Made by a program: the position numbers and the translations under genes. 64,000 nt of DNA from an uncultured Verrucomicrobiae bacterium. GTDB taxonomy: Bacteria; Verrucomicrobiota; Verrucomicrobiia; Opitutales; JABDGR01. Numbering within the stretch: the stretch's first letter is position 1; each line of letters starts with the position of its first letter. The notes under the pieces were generated by a model that was given only the letters and a program-made list of their open reading frames with translations, was not told the DNA's origin and did not search any database. The DNA lies in NCBI GenBank assembly GCA_963765205.1, contig CAVXVB010000005.1, positions 512,001-576,000 of the forward strand, in the 5' to 3' direction. Below, in pieces: positions 37,626 to 52,461 of this stretch.

Positions 37626-38274
37626 TCATTGCGGAATAATCCGTCCGTTGGAATCGAATTCGAGGCGTGTGCCTTTGTCGTAGGTGTGGCCCTCTCGAAC
37701 CAGTTTCTCGCCAAGGATGCAGGCTTTGAGCCGGCCGTTCTCATACAATTGAATTGAGGCGAAGACGGTAGCCTGGCAGGGAATGTCTTGGATGACGGTG
37801 TCCTGGCGCAGAAAAAACTCTTTCAAAGCTCCGTCGGCGTAGAACGAGGTTTGGACACCTTCGGCTCCGCCGCCAAGCCAACCGCCGCCGCGGCACAAGT
37901 GGCCCTGAACTTCAGTGTCGTGTGGGAACGAGCACACCGTAACCACGCCGTCCTTGTTTTGTTCCACCCAGGTGTCTTGGGGAATTTTGAACCGCCCGGC
38001 GTCGATTTCCTGGAATGCGGTGAAACCGACTGGCACGCCGTTGGCTTGGAGGTGGGCCCCATCCCTGCTTGCAGGGGCGACCGCCGATCAGCGTGTCCCG
38101 CTTCAACTGGCCGATGACGAGACCGTTGTCCTCAATTCTCACCTTGCTAAAGGCTGCTCCCATTATGGTCACATCATGTTGCCAGGAGTAGTAGCTGCAG
38201 CACGCGAAGAGGAATGCCAGCATGAGAGTCAAAAGCACGCCGGCGCGAAACACTCTATTTGTTTTCATGTTCAT
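37626..38274 (-). CDS. Exported hypothetical protein, split by a frameshift near 38055
   Basis: Signal-like N-terminus to ...PCKQGW; removing one base continues as AHLQANGVPVGF... with FYADGALK / LYENGRLK repeats. Confidence 0.6.
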
Positions 38275-38699
38275 AAATGTACCATAACCCCAAGGGCCAA
38301 TAATGGGCAAAAAACGGCAAAAGGGTTGATTCATGCCCATGCTCCCATCATTTTTTGGACCAACTTGGACAAGCTTTACATAAGTCATTGAAAATGAATG
38401 TCATAAACAAAAAGGCCCGCCGCTGCTTTAAAAATCGTGACATTAAATGCCTATTTATTTCGACATAAAATGCTGATTAATGAACATTAAATGTTCATCG
38501 TCTATTGAGCAATCCCTCTTGAATAAAGTGGCCCTTGAGGCTGAATGAGCCTTGCGAAAAAGTTTTTTCAGAAAGTGCTTGTGGAGTTGCTGAAGAAGCG
38601 TATTGTTATCGGTTTTCCCCAGTTGCAACCCCGCTTGCGGGGTTCGTGGCAGGGGGAAGGAAAGTGTTCTTTGGGGCGAAAGATTTCCGCGATAATCAC

Positions 38700-38728
38700 T
38701 TGACACGCGCGGGGTTTTACGGCCTAAT
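38700..38728 (+). promoter_or_regulatory. Putative rRNA operon promoter
   Basis: TTGACA, 17 bp, CCTAAT about 270 bp upstream of 16S; boxA-like GTTCTTTGAAA at 38813. Confidence 0.65.
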
Positions 38729-38995
38729 CAAACTCTTGCCCCCTTCAAAAGGGGCTGCACCGCATGGTCTGGCTGAGGCCGGGACTCCATGAAAACGGCG
38801 CCGAATTTCAGCGTTCTTTGAAATTTTATTTGTGCGATTGAGCGGATTCTCGTTCAATTGATTTAAATAGCCCAGTGAACATGCGATGGCGAAGGGCATG
38901 TTCACTTGTAAAAGTAAACGTGACTAGAACTATCGCAGTGTTCACTAGGTTCTGTTAGTCCTGAATCACCAGATTTAGGACTTTCCGAAGAATTA

Positions 38996-40553
<1,558 letters not shown>

Positions 40554-40917
40554 TAAGGAGAAGTCCCGTTTCCTTGGGGAACGTTGAACCTCACTGGTTC
40601 AACCAAGCCCCGATGAACTGTAGGGACATACGGTCGAATTCCCCACGCTGCCGGCTCACGCCGGCAAGGTGGGGAACAACGAGATAATCTCTCAATCGCA
40701 CAAATTAAATTTCGGGAACGCACCCCCGCCGCGCGCGCAAGCGCCGCGCCGGGACTCGTTCTTTGAAAGTCTATTCCGAGTACGACCAGCGGCCTGGTCG
40801 GCGAATTAGGATTTAAGATTTATGATTTAGGAAGGTGGACGGTATTGGTGGGCGGTGTCATCCGCGCCGGCGCTGGCCACTTCTTAATTCTTAAATCATC
40901 CTTTTTAATTCCTTATC

Positions 40918-40993
40918 GGGGCCGTAGCTCAGCTGGAAGAGCATCTGCTTTGCAAGCAGGAGGTCGTCGGTTCGAGTCCGATCGGCTCCACCA
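40918..40993 (+). tRNA. tRNA-Ala(TGC)
   Basis: GGGGCCG...TTGCAA...GGTTCGAGTCC...CTCCACCA, 76 nt cloverleaf. Confidence 0.97.
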
Positions 40994-41096
40994 CTGGAGA
41001 TTTATGAATTATGGTTTACGAAGGAGGATTTGGCGAGGGCGGGGCTTCCGCCCTGGTTTCATAAATCATAAATCCACTTTCATCAATCACCCACCC

Positions 41097-41173
41097 GGGC
41101 TCATAGCTCAGCTGGTTAGAGCACGCGCTTGATAAGCGCGGGGTCGGTGGTTCAAGTCCACCTGGGCCCACCA
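41097..41173 (+). tRNA. tRNA-Ile(GAT)
   Basis: GGGCTCA...TTGATAA...GGTTCAAGTCC...GCCCACCA, 77 nt. Confidence 0.97.
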
Positions 41174-41308
41174 TTTTTTGGATCAACTCTCGGAATACAC
41201 TTTTTAGACGAAAACACTTTTCGTTCTTTGACAGTTTAATGCATTGTGGGAAAGTCATTGAGTAATCTAGTAGATCAAACCTGACAATACGATTTAATAC
41301 GGCGTTGG

Positions 41309-44236
<2,928 letters not shown>

Positions 44237-44505
44237 CTACGCCAATTCTGTATGCTTTACATACAAACCAGAACGGCGTGGTTGGAATCATGTAACAGTG
44301 ATGTATAATCAACGTTCGTTTACTGTCAGGTCAGCTGCTGGGCCAATCGAAGGCCTTCCCCAATGCATTAAACGTCATCTTTCCATAATCAGCCGCTGCC
44401 CCCCGGACCCGTTGCAACAACGGGCCGGCCCATCGCAACGCGTTGACCGGCGCCCACGAGCGTCCAACTGATCGCCGACCATCCACCCGGCCGCGGCGGA
44501 ACACC

Positions 44506-44621
44506 CTCTGGTGATCATAGGTGAGGGGAAACACACGTTCCCATCCCGAACACGCTCGTTAAGCCCTCAACCGCCGATGGTAGTGCCACGCATGTGGCGC
44601 GAGAGTAGGTTGTTGCCAGTA
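44506..44621 (+). rRNA. rrf: 5S ribosomal RNA
   Basis: CTGGTGATCATAG...CCCATCCCGAACAC...GATGGTAGT...GAGAGTAGGTTGTTGCCAG. Confidence 0.96.
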
Positions 44622-44625
44622 TCAT

Positions 44626-44660
44626 GGCCCCGGCCGTCCGCAAGGACGCCGGGGCCTTTT
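44626..44660 (+). terminator. rRNA operon terminator
   Basis: ggccccggccgtccgcaaggacgccggggcc followed by tttt. Confidence 0.8.
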
Positions 44661-44745
44661 GCTGCTTAGATCAAGCCTGGCGCCTTCTACAGAAAACGAA
44701 TTGCTAATTTACTACTAATTTTAAATAAATTAGTAATTGGCGACC

Positions 44746-45060
44746 ATGAACACCAAATTCCCCACCCGCCGCCTTCCCAATGTCCACCCCGGCGAAGTGT
44801 TGTTGGACGACTTCCTCAAGCCCCTCGGCCTGTCGCAGTATCGCCTGGCTGGCGACCTCGGCATCCCCGAAAGCCGCGTGAGCGAAATCGTGCGCGGCGC
44901 GCGCGGCGTCACCGCCGACACCGCCCTGCGCCTGGCCCGCTATTTCGGCACCAGCCACGAACTCTGGCTCAACCTCCAGGACCGCTACGACGTGGAGGAA
45001 ACCCAGCGCGCCAAGCACCACGAAATTGAAAAAATCCGCCCCTACGCCGCCGTCGCCTGA
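44746..45060 (+). CDS. higA: HigA-family antitoxin (no adjacent HigB)
   Basis: HPGEVLLDDFLKPLGLSQYRLA, RGVTADTALRLARYFGTS, WLNLQ. Confidence 0.9.
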   Translation: MNTKFPTRRLPNVHPGEVLLDDFLKPLGLSQYRLAGDLGIPESRVSEIVRGARGVTADTALRLARYFGTSHELWLNLQDRYDVEETQRAKHHEIEKIRPYAAVA

Positions 45061-45167
45061 ATTCATCCGTGCTACCTGCGGTCAATGGAGAAAATTGGCT
45101 TACACTGCTGATTGAGCGGCCACAAATTCAATTTGCCAAATCCCAAGCCATGTGGCATTGTCCCTGC

Positions 45168-45389
45168 ATGAGCACCGTGCAGGAAATCAAGTCAGCCATT
45201 GCCAAACTTTCCCTTGAGGAGCAGGCGGCCATCACCGCCGAACTCTGCGGCTGGACGGACGACGATTGGGACCGCCAGATGAAGGCCGATGCGACGGCGG
45301 GGAAGTTCGAAGCATTGAACGGTGAAGCAGATTCCGCCCAAGCCGCCGGCCGGACAGGCCCATTGTCCAACATTTTGCGCGAGCCGTGA
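45168..45389 (+). CDS. Small putative antitoxin
   Basis: MSTVQEIKSAIAKLS...DDWDRQMKADATAGK; stop overlaps start of RelE/ParE-like ORF. Confidence 0.75.
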   Translation: MSTVQEIKSAIAKLSLEEQAAITAELCGWTDDDWDRQMKADATAGKFEALNGEADSAQAAGRTGPLSNILREP

Positions 45390-45748
45390 ATATTCCCAGC
45401 AGCGGCACGCCGGAATTTTGGCAAATCTATCACAGATTGCCCGCCAAGGCGAAAGAGTTGGCGCGGAAGAACTACTTACTCTGGTCTGCCAATGCCTTTC
45501 ACCCGTCCTTGCGTTTTAAGCCCATCGGCCAGTCAAACTGGTCTGCTCGTGTTGGTGACCATTCCTTCACCAATGCCGGGTGGGAGGAGATTGAGCAGCG
45601 GTGCCGCGAGCTAAAATGCGGACGCAGCCAGTATTTTCAGATGCTCGTCGAGGCGAACTTGATGGGTCGGCCGGAAATCCATGCCCACAAAGCTGATGGA
45701 AAATGGCATTTTTACCCGGAGAAGACCATCAAGACCCCGAAAAAGTAG
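45386..45748 (+). pseudogene. RelE/ParE-like toxin N-terminal fragment fused to unrelated sequence
   Basis: TPEFWQIYHRLP...HPSLRFKPIG..WSARVGDH, then the expected YRA strand is absent. Confidence 0.6.
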
Positions 45749-45769
45749 GCGTGGAAGGGACTTTTGCCT

Positions 45770-46460
45770 CAGCGTCTGATGCGGCCTGAAGGGTCGCGGG
45801 AGCCAAGCCCAGGGTTGCGCCGCGCAACCCTGGGTAAACATGGAACCCCGGTCATTGCGGTCTGTAAGACCGCAGGAGCCGCCAACTCAATCCCACACAT
45901 GCCGCTCATCAAACTCGACGCCATAACGGCGCAAAAACGCCCGAAATTCGTCTTGGAAGGTCACCTTCTTATGATGAACTCGCTGATTGCGAATGTATTC
46001 ACAAACTTCCTCGACGGCGGATTGGCTGACGGAAAACGCCCCATACCCATTTTGCCAATGAAATTTGGCATACGCTTTGTTTTGGGTTTTGAGCCACGGG
46101 GAGGAGCCGCGTTTTATTTGGGAGACAATATCGCTCAGAGTATGGGTGCGTGAAAGCGTAAATAGCAAATGCGCGTGGTCGGGTTCGGAGTTGATTTCCA
46201 CCGCGGGTGAATCCAAGTCACGCAGGATTCCGCCGAGATAGCCATGGAGGGCCGCGCGGGTGTCGTCGGTCAGCACCGGTTCGCGGTTTTTGATCGAGAA
46301 AATTAGGTGGATGTAGATTTTGGCGAGGGATTGGGACATGGTAAAGCCTCCTGCGCCCTGACAGGGCGCTTTAGATTACGGGATATATTATGACCCAGGG
46401 TTTCTCCCGCAAGGCGGGATCAACCCTGGGCTTGGCTCCTTCGCTCTTTCAGAGCGAAGA
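45770..46460. mobile_element. Y1 (IS200/RAYT-like) element with inverted REP-like flanks
   Basis: Perfect 19-bp inverted repeat ggagccaagcccagggttg (45799-45817) / caaccctgggcttggctcc (46421-46439) plus small hairpins on each side. Confidence 0.78.
45887..46339 (-). CDS. IS200/IS605-family HUH tyrosine transposase (RAYT-like)
   Basis: HLIFSIKNR, EPDHAHLL (HUH), WQNGYGAFSVS, YIRNQRVHH. Confidence 0.93.
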   Translation of the reverse strand: MSQSLAKIYIHLIFSIKNREPVLTDDTRAALHGYLGGILRDLDSPAVEINSEPDHAHLLFTLSRTHTLSDIVSQIKRGSSPWLKTQNKAYAKFHWQNGYGAFSVSQSAVEEVCEYIRNQRVHHKKVTFQDEFRAFLRRYGVEFDERHVWD

Positions 46461-46478
46461 CAAGAATTGTAGGTTGCT

Positions 46479-49274
46479 CTACTTCTTCTTCGCCGTCGTC
46501 GCCTTTGCCTCGGCAATCGCCGCTTGCGCCGCCGCCAGCCGGGCCGTGGGCACGCGGAAGGGCGAGCAGCTCACATACGTCAGTCCGATTTGGTGGCAGA
46601 ATTTCACGGAGTCCGGGTCGCCGCCGTGTTCGCCGCAGATGCCGAGCTTGATCTTTGGGTTCGTCGCCTGGCCGCCTTTGACCGCGATTTTCATCAGCTC
46701 GCCGACGCCCGTTTGGTCAATGCTGGCGAAGGGGTTCTTCTTCACGATTTCGAGTTCCTGATACTTGGGCAGGAACGAACCGGAGTCGTCGCGGCTCATA
46801 CCGAGGGTGGTCTGCGTGAGGTCGTTGGTGCCGAAGGAGAAGAACTGCGCGGTCTGCGCGATTTCACCGGCGGTCAGCGCCCCGCGCGGCACTTCGATCA
46901 TCGTGCCGACGAGGTATTCGAATTTGGTCTTCTTTTCCTTCGCCACTTCGGCGGCCACGCGGTGGACGATTTCGACCTGCAAATCCAACTCCTTCTTGAA
47001 GCCCACCAGCGGAATCATGATTTCCGGGCGCACCTTGATGCCTTTTTTCTGCACCTGCGCCGCGGCCTCAAAAATCGCGCGGCACTGCATCTCCGAAATT
47101 TCCGGATACGTGACGCCCAGGCGGCAACCGCGAAAGCCCAGCATCGGGTTGAACTCGTGCAACTCCGCCACGCGGCGCGAGACGAGCTCCGGCTTGACGC
47201 CGATTTTCTCCGCCGATTCGCGGATGGTGACATCGTCGTGCGGCAGGAATTCGTGCAGCGGCGGGTCGAGCAGGCGGATTGTCGCGGGCAGGCCCTTGAG
47301 CGCCGTGAAAATGCCCGCGAAGTCGTCCCGCTGGTAGGGAAGGAGTTTGTTGAGCGCGGCTTTGCGCTGCTCATACGATTCGGCCACGATCATTTCACGC
47401 ACGGAGTAGATGCGGTTGCCTTCAAAGAACATGTGCTCGGTGCGGCACAGCCCGATGCCGGATGCGCCGAAGGAGATGGCGTTGCGCGTCTGCTCCGGGC
47501 TGTCGGCGTTCGTGCGCACTTGCAGGCGCGTCGCCTTCCCGCACCAATCCATGAGCTGCGCGAAGTTTTTATACGTCGAACCCTTGCGCGCGGCGGCGTC
47601 ACCGTGCAAGAGGCCCTGGATGATGTCCGACGGCGCAGTCTTGACCTGGCCGGCGTAAACCGCCCCCGACGTGCCATCAATCGAGAGGTATTCGCCCTCC
47701 TTGAACGTGTTTGGCCCGACCGTGAGCGTGACGGCGTTGTAATCAATGTGCAGCGCGCTTGCGCCGCACACGCAGACCTTGCCCATCTGGCGCGCCACCA
47801 GCGCCGCGTGCGAGCTGACGCCCCCGCGCGCGGTCAGGATGCCCTCGGCGGCGATCATGCCGCGCAAGTCTTCCGGCGAAGTCTCGGCGCGCACCAGCAG
47901 CACCTTTTCGCCCTTGGCCGCCGCCGCGACGGCGCGCTCGGCGTTGAAATAGATTTTCCCCGACGCCGCGCCCGGCCCGGCGGGCAGGCCCGTGGCGATG
48001 ACGGGCGCGTTCTTCAGCGCCTCGCGGTCGAACACCGGCGCGAGCACCTGGTCCAACTGGTCGGCGGGCACGCGCATGACGGCGGTCTGCCAGTCAATCA
48101 GCTTCTCCTTCACCATTTCGCACGCGATGCGCACGGCCGCGACGCCGGTGCGCTTGCCGTTGCGCGTCTGCAGCATGAAGACTTTGCGGTCCTGGATGGT
48201 GAACTCGAAGTCTTGCATGTCGTGGAAATGCTTTTCCAACGCGCCGCGGATGCGTTCCAGTTCCGCGTAGGCGCTCGGCATGACCTGCTTCAGCTCATGC
48301 ACCGGCTGCGGCGTGCGCACGCCGGCGACGACATCCTCGCCCTGCGCGTTCATCAGGAATTCGCCGTAGAAAACTTTTTCGCCCGAGGCCGGGTCGCGCG
48401 TGAAGGCCACGCCGGAGCCGGACTCGTTGCCCGTGTTGCCAAACACCATCGCCTGCACGTTGACCGCCGTGCCCCATTCGGTCGGGATGCCATATTTGCG
48501 GCGATAGACGATGGCGCGGTCGTTCATCCACGAGCCGAACACGGCGCCAATCGCGCCTTCAAGCTGCTGCCACGGGTCGGCGGGGAAGTCATGGCCCGTG
48601 CGCTCCTTGACCAGGCGCTTGAAGCGCACGACCAGCTCCTTGAGATCGAGCGTCGAAAGGCGGGTGTCCTCGATTTCGGCGTTCTTGTAGCGCTCCTGCT
48701 TGAGGTCGCCGATGACGATTTCAAAAGGCTCGTGGTCCTCGCCCGCGCGTTTCTGCACGCCGAGCACTACATCGCCATACATCTGAATGAAGCGGCGGTA
48801 GCAGTCCCACGCTAGGCGCGGGTTGTTGGTCGCGCGCTCGACGGCGAGCACGGTCTGGTCATTGAGGCCCAGGTTGAGAATGGTGTCCATCATGCCCGGC
48901 ATCGAGTCCCGCGCGCCTGAGCGCACGGCGACCAGCAGCGGCAGTTGCGCGGCGTCGCCAAACTTGACGCCCATGATTTGCTCGACGCCCGCCATCGCGG
49001 CGGCGATCTGGGCCTTGAGCGCGGCCGGGTAGGTGCGCTTGTTGGCGTAGTAGTAATTGCAGACCTCCGTCGTGATGGTGAACCCCGGGGGCACCGGCAG
49101 GCCGATGCGGGCCATCTCGCCGAGGTTGGCGCCCTTGCCGCCCAGCAAGGCGCGCATCGAGCCGTTGCCATCGGCGCGCCCATTGCCCCAGGCATAGACG
49201 TATTTCGGGCCTTTGGACTTCGAGCCGGAGGCGGGTTTCTTGAGCAATTTAGCGGAGGATTTCTTGGCGGACAT
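46479..49274 (-). CDS. ppdK: Pyruvate, phosphate dikinase
   Basis: [63 protein letters not shown]; start MSAKK assumed. Confidence 0.98.
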   Translation of the reverse strand: MSAKKSSAKLLKKPASGSKSKGPKYVYAWGNGRADGNGSMRALLGGKGANLGEMARIGLPVPPGFTITTEVCNYYYANKRTYPAALKAQIAAAMAGVEQIMGVKFGDAAQLPLLVAVRSGARDSMPGMMDTILNLGLNDQTVLAVERATNNPRLAWDCYRRFIQMYGDVVLGVQKRAGEDHEPFEIVIGDLKQERYKNAEIEDTRLSTLDLKELVVRFKRLVKERTGHDFPADPWQQLEGAIGAVFGSWMNDRAIVYRRKYGIPTEWGTAVNVQAMVFGNTGNESGSGVAFTRDPASGEKVFYGEFLMNAQGEDVVAGVRTPQPVHELKQVMPSAYAELERIRGALEKHFHDMQDFEFTIQDRKVFMLQTRNGKRTGVAAVRIACEMVKEKLIDWQTAVMRVPADQLDQVLAPVFDREALKNAPVIATGLPAGPGAASGKIYFNAERAVAAAAKGEKVLLVRAETSPEDLRGMIAAEGILTARGGVSSHAALVARQMGKVCVCGASALHIDYNAVTLTVGPNTFKEGEYLSIDGTSGAVYAGQVKTAPSDIIQGLLHGDAAARKGSTYKNFAQLMDWCGKATRLQVRTNADSPEQTRNAISFGASGIGLCRTEHMFFEGNRIYSVREMIVAESYEQRKAALNKLLPYQRDDFAGIFTALKGLPATIRLLDPPLHEFLPHDDVTIRESAEKIGVKPELVSRRVAELHEFNPMLGFRGCRLGVTYPEISEMQCRAIFEAAAQVQKKGIKVRPEIMIPLVGFKKELDLQVEIVHRVAAEVAKEKKTKFEYLVGTMIEVPRGALTAGEIAQTAQFFSFGTNDLTQTTLGMSRDDSGSFLPKYQELEIVKKNPFASIDQTGVGELMKIAVKGGQATNPKIKLGICGEHGGDPDSVKFCHQIGLTYVSCSPFRVPTARLAAAQAAIAEAKATTAKKK

Positions 49275-49404
49275 CGGAGGAATAAGGGAGGGCAACGATT
49301 AACCCCCGTCAACGAAACGGGGGAACGTTTACGAATAGCGAACCAGGCGGGGGTGTCAATCGCGGAGTGGGGGAGAGGCGTTCCTACCGCAAGTCAATCA
49401 ACCT

Positions 49405-51357
49405 TCACTGCCCCGTCGGCACCATCGCATTCTGCGCGCTGCCGTTGATTATCCCCAGCAACTGGTTGGCGTAGTCGCGCACTTCCTGGGCGGGGTCTTT
49501 TTGCGCGGCGGTGGTGATGACCGCCACCACGTTCGGGTTCGTCGCGGCGAACGCGGCGAGTTGCGTCAAGGCTTGTTGACGGGCGGCGGCGGAATTGCCG
49601 CTCGCCACGACGGCCGACAGGTCGGAAATCGCCGCCGGCCCTTTTTCCGCCGCCAGCGTTTTGACCGCCACGGCCTGCACATCGGGCGAGGGGTCGTTCT
49701 TGATGGCGTTGATCACCAGCGCCTGCGCCTCGTCGGTTGTGACCCGCGCGAGGCTGCCGATGGCATTCTGGCGGACGAGCGCGTTGTCGCTTTGCGCCGC
49801 TTGGGTGACGGCGGCGGGCACCTGGCTGGGGCCGAGGTTGCCCACGGCGTCGAGCGCGGCGATGTAATCATTGAGCGACAGGCCGGGCGTGTTGAGCACG
49901 CCCAGCACATAATCGCTGATTTGCTCGAAACGCGCCGGGTCGCTGTCGCGCACTTTGTCGCCCACCGCGCCGAGCACCAGCAGCGCTGTGTTGGCCAAAT
50001 CGCCGCCTTGGGAGAATAGGCCCTCCAACAACGCATCCGCCTCCGGCATGGGCGCGCCGGTTTGCACATAGGAGAACAGCGCCATTTCGCGGAACGACGC
50101 CGGCAAGTCTTCCGAGCTGGCCACGGCGAACAGGTCGGCCTGTGCGGCGGGCGTGCCGGCCGCGCCAAGGATGCCGAGCAGCGCCGACGCCAGCGGGCTG
50201 CCGTCGGCCTCGCTGCGCAATTCGTCGAGCAATGAATCCGCCAGGCCCGGCGTGGCCTTGAGTTGGTGGATGAGTTTTTCCGCCACGCGGATTTCATCCT
50301 GTTTGTTCATCGCCCCCGCTTGCACAAGGTCGCGCAAATCGCGCAGATTAGTGGCGAAATCGCCGTTATCCTCCGCAGCCGCGGCATCCTCATCGGCGTT
50401 GAATTCGCCCGCCCACGTCGTGGTGACATATTTATTCAGATCAATTTCCGCCAGCGTGCGGGCCGCGACCGGGGTGGGGGACTTCTCCAGCACGAACGAA
50501 AAACCACCACTCGACTCCGTGTGGCTGAGGGCTTGGATGCCGTCAAACGTGATTTTCTCCGCGCCCACAATCTCGCGCGGGTAGCCGTCGAAATGGATTT
50601 GCACCGAAGATGCGACTTTGTACGCGGACGCGAGCGCGACCGGGCCGGAACTCAGGCGCAGGTAGCGCGTCTTCCGTTTCACGAGGTCCCCCGGCAGTGT
50701 CGGGCCGGACAGCAGGTATTGCGCGACAAATTCGCCCGTGGCGTCCTCCTCGACGCGCGTCCAGCGGGTGGCGTGGCCACTTTGGGGCAGGACGACCTGC
50801 CAGCGCGCCAGCGTGTCGCGCCAGCTATTGCGCGCGTCCGCCGACAGCGCGAGCGGGACCTTCAATTGCGCAATGCGCCCGGATTTTTCCATGAACACCA
50901 GCACCTCCGCGCCCGCGAGATCGGCGGGTGTTTTGTCATTCGCGCCTTCGCCACTGTCCGCCGTCAGCCGAACCTTGTCCCAAACAAATCCGACAATCCA
51001 GCCTGCGCCGGTGGCGGAGTAAACGGTGAGCCGCAACTGCCCGGTTTCGGCCAGCTTCAAGTCCGGCGCCGCGCCAGGCGTTTTGGCCGAACCCAGACGC
51101 AGCGCGCCCTCCGCGGTGAAATCATAAACCAATTGCTCGCCGACCTGAAACTCGTAGCCCGTAGCGTTCGCGTGAGCCGCCACCGGCGAACTTTGGCCGG
51201 CGCCGCCGGGCGCATTTGCCGCCGGTGTCGCCGATTGATCCCCCACCCACCAAACCACCCCCGCCACGGCCAGCAAGAGCAGAACTACCCCAAGCTTAGT
51301 TTTTAAGCCGGTGCTTCCGAGTCGGTTCTTAAGTCGGGTTGGTGGCGGGTCGTCCAC
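49405..51357 (-). CDS. Membrane-anchored protein with vitellogenin/MTP N-terminal-like beta domain and helical/HEAT-like domain
   Basis: TM anchor; LVYDF, RNSWRDTLARWQ, EEDATGEFVAQY, KRKTRY, LGAAGTPAAQ, ALLVLG, ALDAVGNLG, VRQNAIGSL. Confidence 0.65.
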   Translation of the reverse strand: MDDPPPTRLKNRLGSTGLKTKLGVVLLLLAVAGVVWWVGDQSATPAANAPGGAGQSSPVAAHANATGYEFQVGEQLVYDFTAEGALRLGSAKTPGAAPDLKLAETGQLRLTVYSATGAGWIVGFVWDKVRLTADSGEGANDKTPADLAGAEVLVFMEKSGRIAQLKVPLALSADARNSWRDTLARWQVVLPQSGHATRWTRVEEDATGEFVAQYLLSGPTLPGDLVKRKTRYLRLSSGPVALASAYKVASSVQIHFDGYPREIVGAEKITFDGIQALSHTESSGGFSFVLEKSPTPVAARTLAEIDLNKYVTTTWAGEFNADEDAAAAEDNGDFATNLRDLRDLVQAGAMNKQDEIRVAEKLIHQLKATPGLADSLLDELRSEADGSPLASALLGILGAAGTPAAQADLFAVASSEDLPASFREMALFSYVQTGAPMPEADALLEGLFSQGGDLANTALLVLGAVGDKVRDSDPARFEQISDYVLGVLNTPGLSLNDYIAALDAVGNLGPSQVPAAVTQAAQSDNALVRQNAIGSLARVTTDEAQALVINAIKNDPSPDVQAVAVKTLAAEKGPAAISDLSAVVASGNSAAARQQALTQLAAFAATNPNVVAVITTAAQKDPAQEVRDYANQLLGIINGSAQNAMVPTGQ

Positions 51358-51384
51358 GAAAGGCCTTTCAATACTCCATGGATT

Positions 51385-52257
51385 TCAACCGCTGGAGCTA
51401 AGGCCGTCAATCACCCAACACTGCGTCAATGCTGAAGCGGTGGAATTTACAGGCTCAGGAGAGTGTAGACGCGGGCCGGGAGCACAAAGCTCGCCAGCGT
51501 ATCCGAGCCGGACAGTGCGCTGGCGGCGGTGGCCGCGTTCAACTGGACCAAGAGAAGAAGGTTGGCCGAAATCAAGTGAAAGCGTGAACGTGCCGCTCAT
51601 CGTCTTGACATTGTCGGTGGCGGCATTGGCGGCCAGGGTGGCATTGCCGATGGCCAGATTTGAGGTCAAGGTGACTTTATCACCGTATTTCGAGGCGACC
51701 GTGGCGCTGGCCGTGCCGCCGACATCACTGTTCACGTTGCCGGAAAGGACCACGTTGTCGTTCGTGGCGGTCATCGCCGCCGTCATGTCAATGGCCCCGC
51801 TGCCGGAGAGGGTGCCGGTGACGGCCACGGGTATCGCCCCGGCGCTCGACGGCACGGAAATCGTTGAACTCGTGCTCACAAACGTCTGCGTCGTGGACTT
51901 GTCCCAGGTGACCGCGGCCGCCGTGGTCTGGGAATAGACAATATACGAGCCAACGACGAGGGAAACGTTGTTCGAGGGGACGCCTTTGGTGAGTCCGCTG
52001 GTAAAGGAAAAGGTTTCCAAGGGCTTGGACACCCCCAGCAACTCCACGCTGCTGGACGCAGTGCCGGTGAGGCTGGCGCTCGTTGTGCTGTTAGTGGCAG
52101 AAAGGCTGTAGTTCGCGGTCGAACTGAGGTTGCTATTGCCTTCGCTGGTGCCATAAGTCACGCCGAGCGAGCCGGCGAGGGCGGAAGAGGCAGCGGCACC
52201 GAGCAAAAGGCCGGCACACAGCAGTTGCGACTTGAGACTGAGAAGGGAGGATTTCAT
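51385..52257 (-). CDS. Secreted Ser/Thr/Gly-rich beta-strand protein (3' end possibly frameshifted; alternative stop 51447)
   Basis: Signal peptide MKSSLL...SALA, alternating hydrophobic strands; a second frame from ~51575 reads ...TLASFVLPARVYTLLSL. Confidence 0.72.
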   Translation of the reverse strand: MKSSLLSLKSQLLCAGLLLGAAASSALAGSLGVTYGTSEGNSNLSSTANYSLSATNSTTSASLTGTASSSVELLGVSKPLETFSFTSGLTKGVPSNNVSLVVGSYIVYSQTTAAAVTWDKSTTQTFVSTSSTISVPSSAGAIPVAVTGTLSGSGAIDMTAAMTATNDNVVLSGNVNSDVGGTASATVASKYGDKVTLTSNLAIGNATLAANAATDNVKTMSGTFTLSLDFGQPSSLGPVERGHRRQRTVRLGYAGELCAPGPRLHSPEPVNSTASALTQCWVIDGLSSSG

Positions 52258-52461
52258 GGTAGGTAAAATATGAATTGAAGACCCTATTATCGTCATTCCG
52301 GGGTAATGTTCAAGAAGATAAGGGTAAAAACCTTGTGAAATTGAGCCACCCTGGCGCTATCCTGCTAACGACAGGGTGGATATGGGGGGAATTCTCGAAT
52401 CCCCCTCCGGGGGGATGAATTTTCAGGTTTCCTTTTGGTGAATTTTCTGTTGCATTAAGAG

